Assembly: GCA_002269645.1 (NCBI GenBank)
Contig: NIVC01000438.1
Span: 473,379-537,378 of the forward strand
DNA from: Macrostomum lignano
Taxonomy: Eukaryota
DNA: 64,000 nucleotides
Direction of reading: 5' to 3'
A program made the translations under genes and the position numbers. Every line of letters begins with the position of its first letter. The stretch's first letter is position 1. The notes beneath the pieces were generated by a model that was given only the letters and a program-made list of their open reading frames with translations, searched no databases and was not told where the DNA came from. This document shows, in pieces, positions 12,181 through 64,000 of the stretch.

Positions 12181-13874
12181 TCGAAAGGCCTAGCGTGCAC
12201 TAAACACTGGCAGAATACCGGTAGAAGGCAGATTCCATAGCTAAAGATGGACTATGGCCTCTGATACACAAGATGGGCCTCTGTTTCTCTATCAACGTCA
12301 ATCAAGAGCAATATCGCATGGATAACCAACTGTTAAATTGAGGTAATTTTATGATTTGCCACAACTTTAGGTAGTCAGTTTATAATAAATTCCAAAACAA
12401 TGTGGGTAATTATGTTTCTTAGCTCTCCCAGGTCGATCTTCCAGTGTGGTCGGATTGAGTTTGCCCTGGTTTTATGGAAATTTCGTCTTGACTCAGATAA
12501 TCTTCATGAGAAGCTTCAACCGAGAGCTTGGGACAGGGACTACTACATACGGAATATGGGGTTACTGTATAAACTTTTCTCCACATCTTTTCGTTTGAAA
12601 TTCTCACAAAACTGAGTACGGGACGTTAATGAGGATAAATTTTGCATAACAGGCTGAAAATTTGACTTTCTTAGATCGAAAACTCCATCAGCAGAGAACT
12701 CTGAAAATCGGACCCAAACTTTTTTGCATGACTTGGCCGTCTCTTGTCCCGAGTATTTAGTAGTAGTTTGGACTGCTGCTCTTCAATTCTTGAAGAGGCT
12801 GTTGTCCTTCTTTTGTAGATGCTAGCGACTACTGTTCTCAATTCTGAGACAGACATTGACAAATCCTGATGATTCTGAAAAGGCACCTGGCGCGTCCCCC
12901 CTTTTGTTGCAATTCAAAATATCCCATTCTTTGGACTACTCTAGTAACCAGCGTTTCACAACTAACAGAGATCACATTAAGTAGCAACTCGGTATTCGCC
13001 AATCCTAAAAAATCGTCTCAGGTGAAGAAGAGAAGCGTAAAGATGAGTGTCTTCTGGCTGGACTCTGACCGGGTTGTTCGGTGGCTTCGACCTGTGTGTG
13101 ATCAATGACACAATTGATGTTTGTGTCAGGCTAACAGTACCGCTCCAAAGCTACTTTCCAACGCAATAGGATGGTTAAGCATGATTTTCCTGCGTCGAAG
13201 CAATTAAGTTGCAGTCAAGATTGTTGAGATAATTAGCTTCTTCCTTTGGAAATATCGGATTTCCACATTTCCACCGATTCCAAGGAAGTTCTCGCAAGCC
13301 AGCGACAAAAAACCCAAGGCCTGAGATTTGCAGAGCCTTGCATCTAAAGTCAAGCACGTGTGCCTGCTTCAACTCAGTTCAAAACTTTTCGCCCAAGCTG
13401 ATATTCATGACATTCAACACGTAGCAGACCGAACTTCTGCTGACCCACGTGATCCATCTCAGTTAACCAAGCCATTGGAATAGAGGGTGGCCCAGGCAGC
13501 CCAGGATTTTAGAGACGTGAGTGGTTTTGAGACTGCCAATTCTCTTCAGAATGGCTTTCCCAGTTCTTGGCGCAAAGCAATGTGACAATTCGTTTCAATG
13601 TTAGAAGCTGATATGTTGCTAGCTGAGCCAAACCTCAATTCACACTGAACAGTTTCTGCTTCATGTTAATGAAACTTAGTTTTCTGTAGGAAGCTGCAAA
13701 TAATTCGATCGTTTTTCGAATTTATAAAACTTCGGTCTAAAGTTTGTTTATGAAGTTTTGGTATTTTGAACGATCGAAGATCCAAGTCAAAGTTCCCGTC
13801 TCCCTCTCCCTCTCAACCTTCTCCACATTTTCACTCTCTACCCCTTCCCCTCCCATCTCTATACCCTCTACTGC

Positions 13875-14090
13875 AGTCATACGCACAGGCACACACTCAC
13901 ACAGGAGTGTACAGCGTTTAGTTTATCGTTAGGCATGTACACTTCACTGTGTCTTGAGGGTTGGCCTTCAATGGCGTTAATTGCACGAGCAGCGGACCCA
14001 CCTAGATTCCAATTTAGCCTCAAATTCCATGTGACTCCACTAGGAATTGAGCCTGGGCCTCTGGCACATCAGACCATTGGGCTACGGCTC
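13875..14090 (-). mobile_element. tRNA-derived SINE family A, 3'-truncated and diverged copy
   Basis: Shares CACACACTCACACAGGAGTGTACAGC, TTATCGTTAGGCATGTACACTTCACTG and the tRNA-like head with 154-531. Confidence 0.85.
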
Positions 14091-14341
14091 CCTTGCCTCA
14101 TTCGGTACGATTTTTTTTACCACGGTAGTTGATCCCATTGCTGCCCCCGTCCTTGATCTCTTGGATGGCTCCAGTTATGCAATAATCCACAAGAGTCCGT
14201 CAATAAAACCGGGACAGAACGAGACAGAGTGCTAAACCAATCAGATTATCCCACGTGCGCAGAAGCGGACCATTTTCACAAGCTACAAAAAGGATTTTTT
14301 TATCAAAATTCAGTTTTGTCAAAGTTGAAAAAACGCCAAAA

Positions 14342-15104
14342 ATGCAGAGATGGCATCTGATTTTGCTGCTCTGCTCAGCTTTGCTGTCTGGGCCCATTGC
14401 AGCTCGAGTTGTGTTCAGGGCTGTCAAAATGAGGAGCAACTCGACTCCGGTTGCCATGGAGACTCTGACTGGCATCGGCAGGCTGAAATGCACCGAGCTG
14501 TGCAGTCTGAGATCTGACTGCTATGCCTTCAGCTGGCTGATGCAGGGTCTGTGCAGATTTTTCAACTTCAATGCTTTCCACAGTGACGCCTGGATAAATT
14601 CGGTGTCTGCGATGTTTACACCGTCAGGGATGGTGAGTTGAAAGCACGATGCACATATATGCAGTTCTGTCAGCGCTTATCCTGCAGTTGTATTCTATAA
14701 TTTGCAATCTAGACGCAGTGAAACTGAGCTTCACCGGCTGCAGCCAGGGCTCAGTCCAGATGGGTGGAGTTTGCGAAAGAGCATTCCATGGCGATAAAAA
14801 CCAGGACTATGATTATGGATCCTGCACCCACATGGCTGACGGTCAGGTGGGCTGGTGGGAGGCCCAGCTGTCCCGACCCGTCCTCGTCTCGCATCTCACC
14901 ATCTACAACCGGCTGTACTGCTGCGGCTATCGACTGAGAAAGCTTTCCCTAAAGGTGGACGGCACTGAGTGCTACCGAGTGAACATGACGACGGGCTTCT
15001 CCGTCGCCACCTTCCAGTGCAACGCCTTCGGCAGCAAATTCGGAATAGTCAGCTTGATGGACAATGCAATCAACATCTGCGAAGTGGAGATCTTTGGCCG
15101 CTAA
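14342..15104 (+). CDS. Secreted PAN/apple plus F-type lectin (FTP/fucolectin) domain protein, 2 exons (14342-14632, 14688-15104), about 235 aa
   Basis: Signal peptide MQRWHLILLLCSALLSGPIAA; PAN pattern KCTELCSLRSDCYAFSWLMQGLCRFF; 55-nt GT-AG phase-0 intron; FTP hallmarks CTH, GWWEAQL, IYNRLYCCGYRL, INICEVEIFG. Confidence 0.85.
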
Positions 15105-15280
15105 ATTTTTACAAGCCGCAGCTGTAGGCGAAAAAAGAGCAATGAACGTAAGGAAGCAGAATGTGACTAGCCAATAGCTTGAACGAAAACGGAAACAGGA
15201 ACACACTGGATGATACAGTACAGTAAAGTAAAGAGTTAAACAGCCGTCCCTCAATGCACTGCCCAAAGAGTCGTCTGCTA

Positions 15281-15545
15281 GGCCCTTCGTATTCAGCGTA
15301 GGCAGGATTCTCACATTGGATGGCTTTTTATCACTTTGCTTATCCTTTATAGTCTATGGCCCATAGACTAAGGCTGCACGCAGCCAGGCCCTTCGCAGTC
15401 AGCGTAGCAGGATTCTCACATTGGATGGCTTTTTATCACTTTGCTTGTCCTTTATTGTCTATGGCCCATAGACTAAGGCTGCACGCAGCCAGGCCCTTCG
15501 CAGTCAGCGTAGGCAGGATTCTAACTTTGGATGGCTTTATTCTCA
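15281..15545 (+). repeat. About 2.5 tandem copies of a 105-106-bp unit containing two adjacent hairpins
   Basis: Units start at 15281, 15387 and 15492. Each full unit contains AGTCTATGG-C-CCATAGACT and GGCTGC-AC-GCAGCC. Confidence 0.9.
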
Positions 15546-16121
15546 GTTAGGCTGACAAAACAATACTATTTAGAGCCGGGAATGTTGACAACGTAAATAT
15601 TTGCATAAATTTTCATTAAATATTTCCAATATATCTCTTCTCAAAAGCTTTGCTTTCTAAATCTGGCAAAGATGATACTGAAAGGATGATTCCCTTTCAT
15701 TTTCGTAGTCTTGAGAAGGCTTTACGTCAATTTTCAGGAAAAGTTTGCAAAATAGAAGCAGACATGTAGCTTTGGTTGCAGATTCCCAAACCACTTAGAA
15801 AGCTCAAGCCTTGCTTTTGTTTTCAAAATACAATCTTATTTTTTGTCAAACATATTGACTAGTCAAAACTCCAGTATCGAAACTTCTTCTGTTGATTTCA
15901 CATGTGCTGCAGTTGACGATAAAACAGTTTTTTTGAAGCACGAGAAAATCGAACGAAAGCTGTGACAGTTAGGATTACCCTGCTGAACTTTTACCCTCCT
16001 GTAACGCGTCCCCGCCACTAAAAAGGCTACAGAGCATTCCCAGCCCTGTGCCATAAAAGCTGGTTTGGGCGATCGGCGCGCCGCACTAAAACACTCCATG
16101 AGTTCACTCACCTTGAAGGAC

Positions 16122-16446
16122 AGAGCAGCTCAGTGGTAAACGCGTCCTGACTTTAATTCAACGACCTTCAGTTTGGATTTCGTGCGCGGCAAACATCCTC
16201 ATTTGCTGTGCTGTGCACGAAAATTGACTTGGGGTTGTCGTACGAATCACATTCAACAGGGCCAGCCCCAAGACACAGAGAGTGTACATGCTTGATGATT
16301 CAATATTTGAGCTGAGTACAGCTTGCAGTTTAGGCTCTGAACTCGACTCAAGCCATCTGGGCGGTCGCCAAGGCTCTCTCAAGCCATTGCCTGCTACAGT
16401 AGACCGGCGATCTCTAGACACGAGACACGAGACTTAAAAAAAAAAC
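16122..16446 (+). mobile_element. Possible third tRNA-headed SINE
   Basis: GCAGCTCAGTGGTAAA (A-box-like), a degenerate B-box (GTTTGGATTTC), and a 3' GACACGAGACACGAGAC followed by an A-run at about 16436-16445. Only one copy in the window. Confidence 0.4.
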
Positions 16447-17575
16447 AAAACCAAGAGTGTCGTAAGAAGGCTTGGGTGCGGGTGGTGCTGCAGTCAGTAA
16501 TAAGTCCACGAGTTCTGCCCTCGGAGTCGACCGGCTTTTACCGATTCTAAAGTTAAATTCAAGTACTTTGTAATAGAAGACAATATGTCACTAAGGGAAT
16601 TATTTCTGCTACTTAAGGTTGAGCCGTGCTGCAGCCATACTTCGAGTTTTACTCAGATGGATATTAGAAATTTTCGCGACAGTGAATATTCTCCGATAGA
16701 ATGATATTCTTTGCATAGTCGAATTCGAAAAAGTACAAATCCGATGAAAACAAGTTTAAGCAAAATTTTCCTGAGCATCTCATCTTCGGCTTCAGCTGTT
16801 TTAAAATAAAGGAAAAATTAGGAATTTATTATTATTTTAGGCTCAGATGATTGATGCCTGATAAGCACAGAACGTTTCCATTTTTTCCATTTTTTACTGT
16901 GTTAATTTTATATCCAGCCTTCCTTAGCTTTTCAGGCATAAATCATGATTCATAACTAACCGTATAAAAAATAAATAAAGCATCAGCAGGTACGATTTCG
17001 TGGGCATGTTGGAAAAATGTCACAAAACTTCACAATCGAGGTGATCGACTAATTGGTCGAATAGTGATGCAATCTGCACACAGCTACAAGTAATTAAAGT
17101 CTAAAAAATCGTGAGGCAATTATAACAAACGAAGCAATCAATTCGTGTAGTTTTTGTAGATCGAATATTGTTCAAAAAAGACTTTCAAAAATAGAAATGG
17201 GTTTGTTGTAGTTTTCCAAAATCATATTCGCCACTTAAAAAATCGCCATTCGTTGTTTCATGCATAATCCACCTGATTGCTTGAAATTCAAACCATCGAT
17301 AATATATACTGTAAATATGTCACCTCAATGCAAAGCAAATCAGCCGACAATATATATATGAATATATGAATCTAATACAGCGTATGTATTTACGTACTTT
17401 CAACACTACTGCACAGAAGCTGTGCAGTGTAAACATTATCGATGGTTAGAACGTTTCAATCCCTCATATTCTTGTTCAGATGGCATAAAAAATTGTACTA
17501 TTAAAAGAACACTTAAAAATGTTTTTTTGGCGAGTTTTTGTCTTTCATTTGGAGAATCCAGTGACAGTCAACGGT

Positions 17576-63822
<46,247 letters not shown>

Positions 63823-64000
63823 CTAGCTTTACATGCCGTTTGTTTGTTATTTCGCAAGCAGGATGGGAGCTTTGGGTAAATCAAGCTCTCAACATCTGAT
63901 AATAAAACAGACAGACCCGAGTAGCCTGAATGCTAAATCTAGAGTGTTCCCTTCGGAAAACCAGATCTTCCTATATGTTGTAACATGAATAGCTTAAGAA

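Noticed and set aside
12600-13700. Short ORFs suggesting a decayed transposase (likewise 4184-4883)
   Set aside because: Multiple stops, no catalytic motif, TIR or TSD that I can support.

Overview
Intron-rich animal genomic DNA with short GT-AG introns, tRNA-derived SINEs and microsatellites; no prokaryotic features, CRISPR or rRNA. The general style suggests an invertebrate, possibly a free-living flatworm such as Macrostomum, but that is an unverified guess. About 46 kb (17576 to beyond 63822, minus strand) is one giant polycystin-1-like (PKD1/PKD1L/REJ family) gene. I traced 75 phase-compatible exons by hand, about 21.3 kb of CDS or about 7,100 aa, still open at the 5' end. Its ectodomain is a repeated array of discoidin (F5/8C), C-type-lectin-fold, PAN/apple, kringle, F-type-lectin-like and FAMeT-like modules. 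A fibrinogen-like domain, an EB module, PKD repeats, REJ, a GAIN domain with a non-canonical GPS, PLAT and the 11-TM channel region follow. In two copies a kringle/FTP/FAMeT cassette appears to be inserted inside a discoidin domain. The left 17 kb holds a prolyl 4-hydroxylase alpha-like gene (5 exons, 3' part unresolved), an intronless DEG/ENaC gene with one in-frame TAG and an HG-to-HS change, a secreted PAN plus F-type lectin gene and a frame-disrupted PAN-like ORF. Repeats include two or three SINE families (one with a CORE domain), hAT-type elements with 8-bp TSDs, a possible Crypton remnant with a 95-nt hairpin, and mini- and microsatellites. All domain calls are by-eye motif recognition, not database searches.
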